Of a DNA stretch of 64,000 bases, positions 17,411-27,247 are shown one piece after another. The stretch lies in the NCBI GenBank assembly GCA_030647655.1, contig JAUSJH010000009.1, positions 18,196 to 82,195 on the forward strand, read 5' to 3'. Position 1 is the stretch's first letter. Every line of letters begins with the position of its first letter. The notes beneath the pieces were generated by a model. The model was not told where the DNA came from. It saw nothing but the letters and a program-made list of their open reading frames with translations, and did no database searches. The stretch is from a bacterium (lineage in GTDB: Bacteria; Patescibacteriota; Minisyncoccia; Phycocordibacterales; UBA2100). Position numbers and translations under genes: made by a program.

Positions 17411-17626
17411 TTAGTTTGTTTTGGCACCGGAGCCCGTGGTCGGAGTGGGGATTGTGACGTTTATGTTAGTGGTATCTGCTGGCTGCGATGGATTGTTGAA
17501 GAAGCCGCGCTGGTACATAATGATGCCGCCCACAACAACGACCACGAGGACAATGAGCGCGATGATCATGCCCGCTGCGCCGCTATCACTTGCGCCCGGT
17601 GTATTTGTAACGATTGTGTCTGCCAT
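17411..17626 (-). CDS. small hypothetical membrane protein (71 aa, single TM, Thr/Pro-rich tail)
   Basis: MADTIVTN…GMIIALIVLVVVVVGGIIMY… No clear RBS; an overlapping plus-strand ORF exists. Confidence 0.35.
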   Translation of the reverse strand: MADTIVTNTPGASDSGAAGMIIALIVLVVVVVGGIIMYQRGFFNNPSQPADTTNINVTIPTPTTGSGAKTN

Positions 17627-17710
17627 AACGTGAATTTGAACGATTAATACCCAAACTATAATGCGCACCGGATGAAGAAAAGATGAATTGCCATCCGAGG
17701 CACAAAGCCT

Positions 17711-18262
17711 CTATGCGACGTCGTCCGTTTTCTCAAGCTGCTTGATGCGCAATTCAAGCTCATGGGTGCGCTCCCTAATGGCTCTCTTTAGTTTGACGGC
17801 ATAGTCGCGAAGGTTCTCCTCTGTCTCTTTTCTCCTAGTAATATCTTCCATAGCAAGCAATACTATGGGGCGCTTGGCTTTCGGAGCGTAAATCCTGCGC
17901 GCATTCAAGCAAATTATTTTCCGTCCTATCCTTGGGAAGTCATGATCAACCTCGTAATTAGCAAAAAACGTGCTCTTGGGAAGGATCTTGCCTAAAAGCT
18001 TACGCAAAGCCGGAATATTCCACTGACCATCACCGAGCTTGTATACAAGCGTATGCTCCGTTGCCTTCTTTGTAACGCGAAAAAATCTATAGAAGGTTTT
18101 ATTTGCCGAAAGTACCCGCAGATTCTCATCAAGGATGAGAAAGGGTTCACGAGCAGTATCTATGACGGTAGAAATGTATGCCCACGCGACACTCCACATC
18201 ACGTCTCCTTCAGGTAGGATGTCCGAGTGTTTTTTCGCTGTTTTCTTTGCCAAATGTTTCAT
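17711..18262 (-). CDS. standalone PAS-domain protein
   Basis: 183 aa. The PAS fold is similar to the PAS segment of HK 19675..21063 (…FLILDENLRVLSANKTFYRFF…NIPALRKLLGKILPKSTFFANYEV…ICLNARRI…LLAMEDITRRKE). Confidence 0.6.
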   Translation of the reverse strand: MKHLAKKTAKKHSDILPEGDVMWSVAWAYISTVIDTAREPFLILDENLRVLSANKTFYRFFRVTKKATEHTLVYKLGDGQWNIPALRKLLGKILPKSTFFANYEVDHDFPRIGRKIICLNARRIYAPKAKRPIVLLAMEDITRRKETEENLRDYAVKLKRAIRERTHELELRIKQLEKTDDVA

Positions 18263-18288
18263 GATGGAGCGAATCCATCATACGGACG

Positions 18289-19386
18289 CTATGATGAGGA
18301 TAGGGTGAAGGAGAAAGTGGTCCCTCGCCCGACGACGCTTTTCATGGTGAGCCTCTCGTGATGTCTTTTCATGATCTCTCTCGATATATAGAGTCCCAAT
18401 CCCGTTCCGGCGACATCTACCACAGCAGTATCATCTCCGCGGAAAAAGCGGGTGAATATCTTCCGTTGGTCTTTCTTCCCGATACCGGTACCGAAATCCT
18501 CTACAGAAATGATGCACTTATTCTTTCGAGCGCCGACGCGTACGAGTACCTTATTGGAACGAGGAGAATATTTGACGGCATTGGTAAGAAGGTTTATCAA
18601 CACTTGTACGATGCGCGCACGATCTGCGCGCACCTGAAACCCGAGCGTTCCTTTTTTGCAGATAATTTTGTGCGTTGGGGCGCTATTTTGAAAGTCTCGG
18701 ATGACCATTGTAACGAGCGCGCTTGGATTAAAGACTTCTTTACGAAGTTCCAATGTACCACTTTCTAATTTACTCACGACAAGCAAATCCTCGACAAGCC
18801 TCGTAAGCCGGGCCGTTTGAGTTTGCATGTCACGCAACATATGCAGATTCTTTTTATCACTTTCCAACTGCAGACCCTTTGCCAAGAGTTCTGAATAGAG
18901 GGCAAGCGTCGTGATCGGATTTTTCATCTCGTGGGATGCAATGCCAATGTATTCCTCACGCTTCTTCTCGCGCGCTTTTTGTTGCGTAATATCCTGTGTG
19001 ACCAAAACGAAAAATGTGGCGCCCCTCTTGCCCTCTCTGACGCGCGTAATAAAGACCCTGGCCCAAAAATGTGAGCCGTCTTTCCGTACACGGATACCCT
19101 CAGCAGTAAAGCCCCCTTTCTGCGCCGCCATTGCGAGAGCCTTTATGAATACCTCCTGGCGTATTTCTTCTTTTGAGAAAAAGATGGAATAATTTTTTCC
19201 TAGTACTTCTTTTGCACCATATCCCATCATTCTCTCCGCGCTCATATTCCAGCTGATGATACGGCCGGTATTATCGAGCATGCATATCCCATGCCCATTC
19301 GTATTATCAAAAAGTAGACGAAGTCGGCCACCGTCGCTTTCGTCGGCGATTTTTGTTGCGTATTTTCTTGCGTGAAGAGATTTCAT
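18289..19386 (-). CDS. cytoplasmic PAS-sensor histidine kinase
   Basis: PAS (ISWNMSAERMMGY…), H-box IASHEMKNPITTL, and HATPase N/G boxes (LTNAVKYS…VEDFGTGIG…GTGLGLYI). Confidence 0.8.
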   Translation of the reverse strand: MKSLHARKYATKIADESDGGRLRLLFDNTNGHGICMLDNTGRIISWNMSAERMMGYGAKEVLGKNYSIFFSKEEIRQEVFIKALAMAAQKGGFTAEGIRVRKDGSHFWARVFITRVREGKRGATFFVLVTQDITQQKAREKKREEYIGIASHEMKNPITTLALYSELLAKGLQLESDKKNLHMLRDMQTQTARLTRLVEDLLVVSKLESGTLELRKEVFNPSALVTMVIRDFQNSAPTHKIICKKGTLGFQVRADRARIVQVLINLLTNAVKYSPRSNKVLVRVGARKNKCIISVEDFGTGIGKKDQRKIFTRFFRGDDTAVVDVAGTGLGLYISREIMKRHHERLTMKSVVGRGTTFSFTLSSS

Positions 19387-19674
19387 ACGGCGAAGTTAGC
19401 GCCACATCGTGGACACTACTACCTCCGGACGACCCAAAAGAGCCTCCTCTCTAAGCGGTTTGGCTGCGCGTTCACGACATTAACATGTTCTTTTATTGGG
19501 ATGCACATATCTTTTCCTCGTCAAGAGGGTACAACTTGTGTAAAACCCTGTATAACTTGTGGACAGGGTCCTAAACAGTACCCTATCGTGCCGATATATC
19601 AAAGACACTTCATCAAAGCTTCATGGACTATGAGGTATAAGAGATAAGCACTCATCGAACCGACAGGGACATAG

Positions 19675-21063
19675 GTGCACTATAGAGGAGCTAGAAGAAG
19701 CTCCCATTTTGGGTTTTGGACAACATATATGGTTAACAAAACACAACCTAAGCCCAACGCAAAACGCATTCCACGGGCGGATGTTCGCTTTGGTGCAGCA
19801 GTGGTCGCAAGGGACATCGCCGAGCAAAAAAGGGCAGCGGATTTGGTGATTGCCAACAAAGAACTTGTCTTTCAAAACAAAGAGAAAGAAAAGCGCGCGG
19901 CAGAGTTAGTCATAGCCAACAAAGAACTTGCCTTTCAAAACAACGAAAAGGAGAAACGAGCTGCGGAGTTAGTGATTGCCAACAAAGAACTTGCCTTTCA
20001 GGCTAAACTAGAGCAATCCCTCTCGTATGCACAGGGTATTTTAGGCACGATGCGAGAACCTTTGCTGGTCTTGGATAAAGAATTGCGCATAAAGACCGCA
20101 AACGAGGCCTTTTACATGATGTTCGCTATTACTGAGAAAGATACCGAAGGAGCGCTCATTTACGAATTGAAGAACCGCCGGTGGGACACGCCGCGACTGC
20201 GAGAAGCACTTGAAAAGATCCTTCCCCAGAAATCATCTTTCCATGATCTTGAGATCACATTCGACTTCCCAGGGCTCGGGTCGAAAATCATGTTGTTCAA
20301 TGGACGCAGGCTTATTCAAAGTGAAGTGGGCGAAGAGCTCATCCTTCTTGCGATGCAAGATATCACCGAGCAAACACTCCTCCAAAAGCGTAACGACAGC
20401 TTCATGAGTATGGCAAGTCACGAGCTCAAAACGCCGGTGACCACAATTAAAACGCTCGTGCAAATACTTCAGAAGCAATATGAAAAAAGCGACGATAAGA
20501 CGCTTGTCGGATATCTCATGCGAATGGGACAGCAAATCGACCAGCTGACGAAACTCGTGACCGACCTCTTGGATGTCTCGAAGATCAAAGCCGATAAATT
20601 TGAGCTCGAGGAAAAGACCTTTGATTTCGACCCGCTTGCCTTAGAACTTGTTACCAGTTGCCAGTTCCTCTCACTCGACCATACGATCGTGCTTCGAGGC
20701 AAAACAAACGAAAAAGTCTGTGGGGATCGCAATGCGATAGGCAGAGTATTCACCAACATCATTGTGAATGCGATCAAGTATGCACCGAGCGCGGATGAGA
20801 TTATTGTTACGCTCTCTCATACCAAGAGGGACGTCTGTGTGAGTATCCAGGATTTTGGCATAGGTATTGCACAGGGTCATATAGATAAGATATTTCAGCG
20901 TTTCTTTCAGGTCGATAACGAAAGTGGACAGAACTTTTCTGGGCTTGGAATCGGGCTCTATATTACTCAAGCTATCGTGACGCAACACAAGGGTCGCATA
21001 TGGGTTGAGAGTAGGGAGGGCCAAGGCTCTACGTTCATCTTCACATTCCCAATAGCGGTGTAG
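19675..21063 (+). CDS. histidine kinase with N-terminal 20-aa tandem coiled-coil repeats, PAS, HisKA and HATPase_c domains
   Basis: H-box MASHELKTPVTTI; N/G boxes NAIKYAP…QDFGIGIA…GLGIGLYI. Alternative start at 19729 (MVNKTQ). Confidence 0.8.
   Translation: MHYRGARRSSHFGFWTTYMVNKTQPKPNAKRIPRADVRFGAAVVARDIAEQKRAADLVIANKELVFQNKEKEKRAAELVIANKELAFQNNEKEKRAAELVIANKELAFQAKLEQSLSYAQGILGTMREPLLVLDKELRIKTANEAFYMMFAITEKDTEGALIYELKNRRWDTPRLREALEKILPQKSSFHDLEITFDFPGLGSKIMLFNGRRLIQSEVGEELILLAMQDITEQTLLQKRNDSFMSMASHELKTPVTTIKTLVQILQKQYEKSDDKTLVGYLMRMGQQIDQLTKLVTDLLDVSKIKADKFELEEKTFDFDPLALELVTSCQFLSLDHTIVLRGKTNEKVCGDRNAIGRVFTNIIVNAIKYAPSADEIIVTLSHTKRDVCVSIQDFGIGIAQGHIDKIFQRFFQVDNESGQNFSGLGIGLYITQAIVTQHKGRIWVESREGQGSTFIFTFPIAV
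19826..20006 (+). repeat. ~2.7 tandem copies of a 60-bp repeat inside the HK gene (encodes EKRAAELVIANKELAFQNNEK units)
   Basis: Near-identical 60-mers are visible in the sequence (…gtgattgccaacaaagaacttg(t/c)ctttcaaaacaa…). Confidence 0.7.
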
Positions 21064-21075
21064 GAGGAAACGCAT

Positions 21076-21450
21076 ATGAACGCTGCTTCTGCCAAGAAGA
21101 AAAAGGTATTGGTCATCGACGACAATACGGGGATTTTGTTTGCCATGCAGCAAGCATTGGGACTAAAAGATTATGAGGTGCGTATTTCTGAAACATTCGT
21201 TGGGGTCGATGCGATAGTAAGAAACCCGCCCGACCTCATCTATCTTGATATATCTCTTGTCGGACAGGATGGACGTGAGGTCGCTCAAAAACTAAAAAGT
21301 GACGTGAGGACAAAAGATATTCCGATTATTATTCTTACCGCGTACCCAAACGCAGGCGAACTGGCAAAGGAAGCTGGAGCAGACGACTACCTTCCAAAAC
21401 CTTTTGAACTTGAACATCTCTGGGAAATGACGGCGAAGTACACGTCGTGA
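21076..21450 (+). CDS. single-domain CheY-like response regulator
   Basis: KKVLVIDDN…LIYLDISLVGQDG…DYLPKPF. Confidence 0.8.
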   Translation: MNAASAKKKKVLVIDDNTGILFAMQQALGLKDYEVRISETFVGVDAIVRNPPDLIYLDISLVGQDGREVAQKLKSDVRTKDIPIIILTAYPNAGELAKEAGADDYLPKPFELEHLWEMTAKYTS

Positions 21451-21463
21451 GATAAAACTCTCT

Positions 21464-22696
21464 TTACCTTCTTATAAACTGGCGCGACGCCTCTTCAAGC
21501 CTCTCGAGGGCAAGGGCGAATGCGGCGCGGCGGAGATCGGTCTTTAATTTCTTGCTTCGTTCCCACACGTTTTTCGCCTCGCGCTCCAAGAGCTCGCGGA
21601 GTTTATCGAGCACATCTTTTTCGCTCCAATGTTCGTTTTTGAGGTTCTGCTCCCACTCGTAAGTAGAAACAACGACCCCGCCGGCATTCGCGAGAATGTC
21701 GGGGACGACTACGACTCCGCGCTCAAACAAAATATCGTCCGCTTCGGTCGTGGTCGGGCCATTCGCAAGCTCGAGCACCACTTTTGCCTTAATATTCTTC
21801 GCATTTCCTTTCGTGATTTGGTTTTCAAGAGCTGCGGGAACCAATACATCGCACGATAATTCGAGAAGCTTTTCATTCGGGATTTGTTCTGCATTCGGGA
21901 ATCCTTTCAGGCTCCCGTTTTCTTTTTTGTACTTCTCAACCTCCGCTGGGTCCAGTCCACTCTCGGAATAAATCCCTCCTTTTGAGTCCGACATCGCGAC
22001 GACCGTGTGCCCGTGCTCCACAAAAATCTTGGCCGTGCCCCCACCCACGTTCCCCATCCCCTGCACCACTACTACAGTCTTGTCGGGCAATCCTATGCGC
22101 GAGCGCAGGGCTTCAAAAACATAAAAACCGCCGGCGCTTGTCGCCGCACCCCTGCCTTCGGAACCTCCGCAGATTAGTGCCTTGCCCGTGAAAGCGGCGT
22201 TGCGCGTGTCCCCTGTGAGCTTTGCATATTCTTCCGACATCCAGCACATGATCTCGGGTGTTGTATTTACATCGGGCGCCGGAATATCCTGATCGGGCCC
22301 CAGAAGCGTGTAAAACGCCCGCACCCAGCCTCGAGAAAGACGCTCCACTTCGGCCGCCGAAAGCTCACGCGGGTCAACGGTTATTCCCCCCTTGCCTCCG
22401 CCCATAGGGATGCCCGCAAGCGCGCACTTCATCGTCATCCAAAATGCGAGCGCGCGTACTTCGTTGATGTCGGTTTGCGAGTGGAAACGGACCCCGCCTT
22501 TGTACGGACCGCGGAGGGAGGAATACTGTACACGGTACCCCTCAAACATCCGGAGCGTGCCATCATCCATCGTGACGGGAATCGAGACGGTCACCTCTCT
22601 CTCCGGTTTTAAAAGCCTTTTGTGCAGATCCTCGGTAATGGGCGAGGCCGCGATCGCGCGATCGAGCTGTTTTTGTGCTTCGTCAAAAGCATTCAC
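21464..22696 (-). CDS. gdhA: Glu/Leu/Phe/Val-family glutamate dehydrogenase
   Basis: 410 aa; GGGKGGITVDP catalytic motif and a GMGNVGGGTAKIF NAD(P) Rossmann motif. Confidence 0.85.
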   Translation of the reverse strand: MNAFDEAQKQLDRAIAASPITEDLHKRLLKPEREVTVSIPVTMDDGTLRMFEGYRVQYSSLRGPYKGGVRFHSQTDINEVRALAFWMTMKCALAGIPMGGGKGGITVDPRELSAAEVERLSRGWVRAFYTLLGPDQDIPAPDVNTTPEIMCWMSEEYAKLTGDTRNAAFTGKALICGGSEGRGAATSAGGFYVFEALRSRIGLPDKTVVVVQGMGNVGGGTAKIFVEHGHTVVAMSDSKGGIYSESGLDPAEVEKYKKENGSLKGFPNAEQIPNEKLLELSCDVLVPAALENQITKGNAKNIKAKVVLELANGPTTTEADDILFERGVVVVPDILANAGGVVVSTYEWEQNLKNEHWSEKDVLDKLRELLEREAKNVWERSKKLKTDLRRAAFALALERLEEASRQFIRR

Positions 22697-22699
22697 GGT

Positions 22700-24049
22700 C
22701 TATATTTTCAAATTGACTGTGACGAACGCGGTTTGATGCGAACCGTCTGGGGCAATGCACGAAATGGTAAAGGTGGTCGCGGAGATGATAGGGACGGTCG
22801 CGGAACCGCCGGAGAGCGACGACTGGTTGAAACTGCCGTCGGGCGACGTTTCGGTGCAGTTCGTTACGCCCTGCGTGTTCCAGAAGATGGAGGTGCGCGA
22901 GCCGAGTGAGACCGTGGCCGGCACCGCCCAGATGTCTACCTTTGCTTGAATGGTCGGGGTCGTTGTTGCAGGTGTCGATGTGGAGACCACCGGTTTGGGC
23001 CGAGGGGTTTGTGTCAATACGGGCGCTTGCGAAGTTGCCGCCGGGGGTGTCCCTACAGGATAGCCGCGCCACGCGCAGAGACCGTCGAAAAATGAGGGGG
23101 CGACTATTTTCGAGAGGAAGTTGCTCGCCCACGGACGCGACTGACACCACTGGCCGACGAGCCCTTGGGGTACGTTTTCGCCGAACGTTTCGGTACCGTA
23201 GAAGCCGGCGACTTCGGTATTATTTTGTACATCACGCGTACCGGCGACAACGGTGGCACCCGTTCCTGTGACTTGTATGTCTCCGCGAGCGCCCCCCGGC
23301 GGAGTCGTAGCACTGATGGGGCTCGTGGTCGTTGCAAAAATGACGCGTCGAAACGGTACTAGTGGTGTGGTGGGCGTGGTTGCGGTCGTGGTCGTGCTGG
23401 TGGTCGCCCTTAAGATAGTGTTGATATTCTGGCTCGTATTTGTGTTTGTGTTCAGATTCGCACTGGTGGTGGTGTTCTGGTTCGTGGTGGTGCCGGTACA
23501 TAGACCAAGTACCTGATTGATAAGACTGCATCCTCCAGTGTTGTTAGCGGGAGGTAGTATATTATTTGAAGTCGGCGGCACATAACGCGCGCATGGGTTT
23601 GAGAGCTGTGACACGTCCGAGGTGTCGAAAGAGTTCCCGAGACAGCCACCCGTGTTGGTCTGAGAAGTCGGTGGTGGCATCGAGGATGGTGGTGTTGGAG
23701 GCGGTGGCGGCTGAGACATGAGCTTGCCAAAAAGTTCGCCAAGCGCCTTCATCACCTGATCGAGCCCGGTGCCACCTGATTGGCCCGCACCAGAGAACTT
23801 GTCGGCATGGCATTGTGTCAGCTCGCAGTGCCCTGTCGTAACGCCGTTGGTAGGGTCTGTGCATACCACTGGTTTACATGTGATATATGGATCTTTTTTT
23901 TGCGCAATAGCTTTCTGGACGCAGATATTACAGGTTATATTTGAAACAACGCTTGCGCCGCCTTGTGCATGAACGAACTTGGGAAGAGTTTCGAATGCCG
24001 CGACAGCAATCAGAAGCGCGCTAAATACAATACTGAGCGAAACACGCAT
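22700..24049 (-). CDS. secreted Cys-rich, Thr/Pro-rich low-complexity protein sharing a C-terminal Ig-like module with paralogs A/B
   Basis: Signal peptide MRVSLSIVFSALLIAVAAFE. N-terminal Cys cluster, poly-Pro, poly-Thr. The C-terminus SIFWNTQGVTNCTETSPDGSFNQSSLSGGSATVPIISATTFTISC resembles the last ~70 aa of 968..2959 and 3421..5664. Confidence 0.5.
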   Translation of the reverse strand: MRVSLSIVFSALLIAVAAFETLPKFVHAQGGASVVSNITCNICVQKAIAQKKDPYITCKPVVCTDPTNGVTTGHCELTQCHADKFSGAGQSGGTGLDQVMKALGELFGKLMSQPPPPPTPPSSMPPPTSQTNTGGCLGNSFDTSDVSQLSNPCARYVPPTSNNILPPANNTGGCSLINQVLGLCTGTTTNQNTTTSANLNTNTNTSQNINTILRATTSTTTTATTPTTPLVPFRRVIFATTTSPISATTPPGGARGDIQVTGTGATVVAGTRDVQNNTEVAGFYGTETFGENVPQGLVGQWCQSRPWASNFLSKIVAPSFFDGLCAWRGYPVGTPPAATSQAPVLTQTPRPKPVVSTSTPATTTPTIQAKVDIWAVPATVSLGSRTSIFWNTQGVTNCTETSPDGSFNQSSLSGGSATVPIISATTFTISCIAPDGSHQTAFVTVNLKI

Positions 24050-24061
24050 ACAGAAATACTA

Positions 24062-24721
24062 TCACACCCCCGAAAGTACGAAACGTTCTAGTGCATACTC
24101 CAGTTCCTCCCCGCGGCGGCGGGCTTCGTGCGGGAGCTCGGCAAGCTCGGCAATCAGCTTTTTAGCCCGATTGTGTGCGCCCGTCGCCTCCTGCCTGCCG
24201 GCAGGCAGGGACTTCATGAACAGGTCTTTCACCGCCCAGAAAAGCACGCCGTGTATCGCCTCCGGCGCCGTGCCTTTGGCAAGCTCACGCTGATACCCGA
24301 CCCAAAGCGCCTTCTTATCCTTTCGCGCGAGCGCATTTGAGAGCCCGAAGATACTGCCGTCTCTTTTTTTGCCCGCGGCGTCATACCGCTCCGTCTTTTC
24401 CGCATACTTCTCTATTTTCTTGCGCACATCCGCGAGAGGTTTCTCTTCCAAGATGAAAAAGGTTTCCGAAGATTTCTTCATCGCAGGAAGCGCACTTTCG
24501 GCGAGCGGCATCATTTCTTCGTTCGCGAATACTCCGTCGAGCACGACAACACGGGCTTCCCCGAACATTCCCGCACCTTGGAGAGTCGCGCGAAGGTCCT
24601 CGGAAGTATGCGCGTCGGAAATACGCACGACGCGCACATTCTCCTTCGGCAATTTCTTTATCGCCGCATCCATCGCCGCGCGAGTCTTTTCCCTGTCCGT
24701 TCCCACAAAAAAATACATCAT
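24062..24721 (-). CDS. putative DNA polymerase III delta subunit (HolA-like), short form
   Basis: 219 aa, weak HolA-like pattern (…FFILEEKPLADVRKK…ALARKDKKALWVGYQREL…EAIHGVLFWAVKDL). 4-nt overlap with polA. Assignment is tentative. Confidence 0.4.
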   Translation of the reverse strand: MMYFFVGTDREKTRAAMDAAIKKLPKENVRVVRISDAHTSEDLRATLQGAGMFGEARVVVLDGVFANEEMMPLAESALPAMKKSSETFFILEEKPLADVRKKIEKYAEKTERYDAAGKKRDGSIFGLSNALARKDKKALWVGYQRELAKGTAPEAIHGVLFWAVKDLFMKSLPAGRQEATGAHNRAKKLIAELAELPHEARRRGEELEYALERFVLSGV

Positions 24722-27165
24722 GAGTGTTTTATCCTCTCCATACTACCCCAATTTTGTCCGAGGCTCGCTTCGGCGACAATAGGTACGCCCCCCAATTCTT
24801 TTGCACCGACGACCGATTCCATCACACTGCGTATCGCTCGGGCCGCTTCTTCGGCAATTCTTTCATCAAGCTCATATACAAGTTCGTCGTGTACTTGGAG
24901 CACGAGTTTTGCTTTCTCCCTCCAGCCATTCTTTTCTATGAGTCTGTCGGCCTCAATCATCGCGAGCTTGATTATGTCGGCTTGCGTCCCCTGTATCGGC
25001 GCATTTATCGCCATGCGCTCGGCTTGTGCACGTAAGGAAGGGAGAGAGGATTTGAACTCTGGGAAATATCGGCGTCGCCCGAAGAGTGTTTCTGTATAGC
25101 CTTTGCGAGCCGCTTCCGCTTTAGCGTGCTCTATGTAGCGCGCAAGTCCTGAAAAATCCTTGAAATATTCGGATAGGAATTTTGCGGCTTCATCGCGCGA
25201 GACAGATTCGCCAAGGTTTACTCGAAGCGCATTGACTCCCATGCCGTACAAAATACCGAAGTTGATTACCTTTGCGCGTCGTCGCATCTCGTAATCCACC
25301 GATTCCGGCGGCACGTCGAAGACCTCGGCGGCGACGGCTGCGTGCACGTCGCCGCCGCTTTTGAATACGCGGATGAGCTTCTCGTCGCCGGAGAGCCCCG
25401 CCGCGATACGAAGCTCTATCTGCGAATAATCGAGTGCCGCGAGCACTTTCCCTTCGGGTGCCGAGAATGCGCCGCGGATGCGGCGCCCCAAATCGGATTT
25501 GATGGGGATGTTCTGAAGATTCGGATTTTGGCATCCCATGCGGCCCGTTGTGGTTCCAGTCTGCAGAAATTCCGCACGCAAACGGTTGTCCTCCCCAAGA
25601 AGCGCGGGCATTTTTTCGATGTAGGTCGAGAGAAGTTTTTGTAGCTCGCGATACGCGAGGATGTCGGCGATTATCGGATGAAGGTCGGAGAGTTTCTCGA
25701 GCTCACTCTCTTTTGTCGTTCGCGCCCCCGTCGGCGTTTTCTTCTGTTTCGCGGGATTTATCTTGAGTTCGTCGTAGAGAATGGTCGCGAGTTGTTTGGG
25801 TGAATTGATATTGAATTCATGCCCTGCATGCGAGTAGATCTTTCCCGCGAGACGCCCGAGCTCTTTCCCGTATTCCCGCGCAAGTTCTTTAAGGTGTGGG
25901 GCATCAATATAGACTCCCGTCTTATTCATACGTTGCACGATAGGGATGAGTGGTTTTTCTATTTTCTCGAATACTTCACGTAATCGGCCGGTTCCGCGCA
26001 GTTCTTCAAATATCTTTCCACGTGCTTTCTCAAAATCGTCTGTGTTCGCAGTGCTCAAAATATCGTCGAGTGTCGGGCTGGTCGTATCTGAATGCAGAAG
26101 CCACAGTGCAAGCGCTGTCTCGCGTAGAGCCTCCTCGTCCACGACAGGACGCTCTTCAGCTGACTTTGTAGCAATATCGCGTCCGCCCTGCGTCTGCCTG
26201 CTGGCAGGCAGGAATCGGCCTACGGAGGATACACGTTCTTTGAGCGAGCGAAATTCGAGCTTGTCGCACAGCGCCGAGATCCCGTCCGCGTGATCGCTAA
26301 TACGCCACGGGTGATCTGGCAACTCGAATTTCACCGGCGCATCGCGACGTATGGTCGCGAGATGCTTGGAGAAGAGTGCGGCCTCCTTTCCTTCTTCGAG
26401 AAGTCTTACCGTGCGCGATTTTATTCCTTTCTTCTCAAACTCTTTCGGACCTTTCTTTAGTGCTTTGTATATCTGCTCTATCGAGCCGAATGCTTGGATG
26501 AGCTCGGTCGCCGTCTTTTCTCCAATCCCTTTAATGCCTTTGATGTTGTCGGACTGGTCGCCGCACATGCCTTTGAAATCCGTCACGTGTTCCGGCCCGA
26601 AGCCGTAGCGCTCGCGCACGGCATCTTCATCATAGAATTTCATGTTGGAAATCCCCGTGAGAAGCCGGTAGACCGTTACGCGGCCGTCGACAATAAGCTG
26701 AAGCATGTCCATGTCGCCCGTGAGAATTACCGTCTCCAGATCTTTCCTGCCGGCAATTTGTGTCGCCACCGTGCCGACGACGTCGTCAGCCTCGAATCCG
26801 GCGGCATCCAATACCGGAATGCCAAAAGCATCAAACACATCGTTCGCGCGAGCAAGCTGTTGGACCAGTGCTTCTTCGGTCTTGGCGCGCGTGCCCTTGT
26901 AATCCTCGAACAATTCGTGTCGATGGGTTTTCTCGGCGCGATCGCGCGCGGCCACGATATAGTCGGGCTTCAGGTCGGCAATCGATTTGAGCAACATCGT
27001 CATGAGCCCGTAGAGAGCGCCCGTGGGAGCACCGTCGGAAGACGAAAGGTCGGGCAGCGCGTGGTACGCGCGATGCAGTATCGCGTGCGAATCAAGAAGC
27101 AGGAGGCGTTTGGGCTTTTCTCTCGTATTTTTTGTGTTGATTTTCTTCTTGGTCATGCAAGACAA
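24718..27165 (-). CDS. polA: DNA polymerase I
   Basis: 815 aa; 5'-3' exonuclease N-terminus (LLLDSHAILHRAYHAL…), polymerase motif A DYSQIELRI and motif C QVHDELVYE. Confidence 0.9.
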   Translation of the reverse strand: MSCMTKKKINTKNTREKPKRLLLLDSHAILHRAYHALPDLSSSDGAPTGALYGLMTMLLKSIADLKPDYIVAARDRAEKTHRHELFEDYKGTRAKTEEALVQQLARANDVFDAFGIPVLDAAGFEADDVVGTVATQIAGRKDLETVILTGDMDMLQLIVDGRVTVYRLLTGISNMKFYDEDAVRERYGFGPEHVTDFKGMCGDQSDNIKGIKGIGEKTATELIQAFGSIEQIYKALKKGPKEFEKKGIKSRTVRLLEEGKEAALFSKHLATIRRDAPVKFELPDHPWRISDHADGISALCDKLEFRSLKERVSSVGRFLPASRQTQGGRDIATKSAEERPVVDEEALRETALALWLLHSDTTSPTLDDILSTANTDDFEKARGKIFEELRGTGRLREVFEKIEKPLIPIVQRMNKTGVYIDAPHLKELAREYGKELGRLAGKIYSHAGHEFNINSPKQLATILYDELKINPAKQKKTPTGARTTKESELEKLSDLHPIIADILAYRELQKLLSTYIEKMPALLGEDNRLRAEFLQTGTTTGRMGCQNPNLQNIPIKSDLGRRIRGAFSAPEGKVLAALDYSQIELRIAAGLSGDEKLIRVFKSGGDVHAAVAAEVFDVPPESVDYEMRRRAKVINFGILYGMGVNALRVNLGESVSRDEAAKFLSEYFKDFSGLARYIEHAKAEAARKGYTETLFGRRRYFPEFKSSLPSLRAQAERMAINAPIQGTQADIIKLAMIEADRLIEKNGWREKAKLVLQVHDELVYELDERIAEEAARAIRSVMESVVGAKELGGVPIVAEASLGQNWGSMERIKHS

Positions 27166-27247
27166 GAATACGCCCTTCTACGTGTATCTCAAACGTGAGG
27201 TTTTTCACAGCGGTACTGTAGCGTCGGCTGTTTTCTGAGAGTACAAC

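Noticed and set aside
26494-27198. 234-aa plus-strand ORF
   Set aside because: Antisense to polA, typical of high-GC shadow ORFs.
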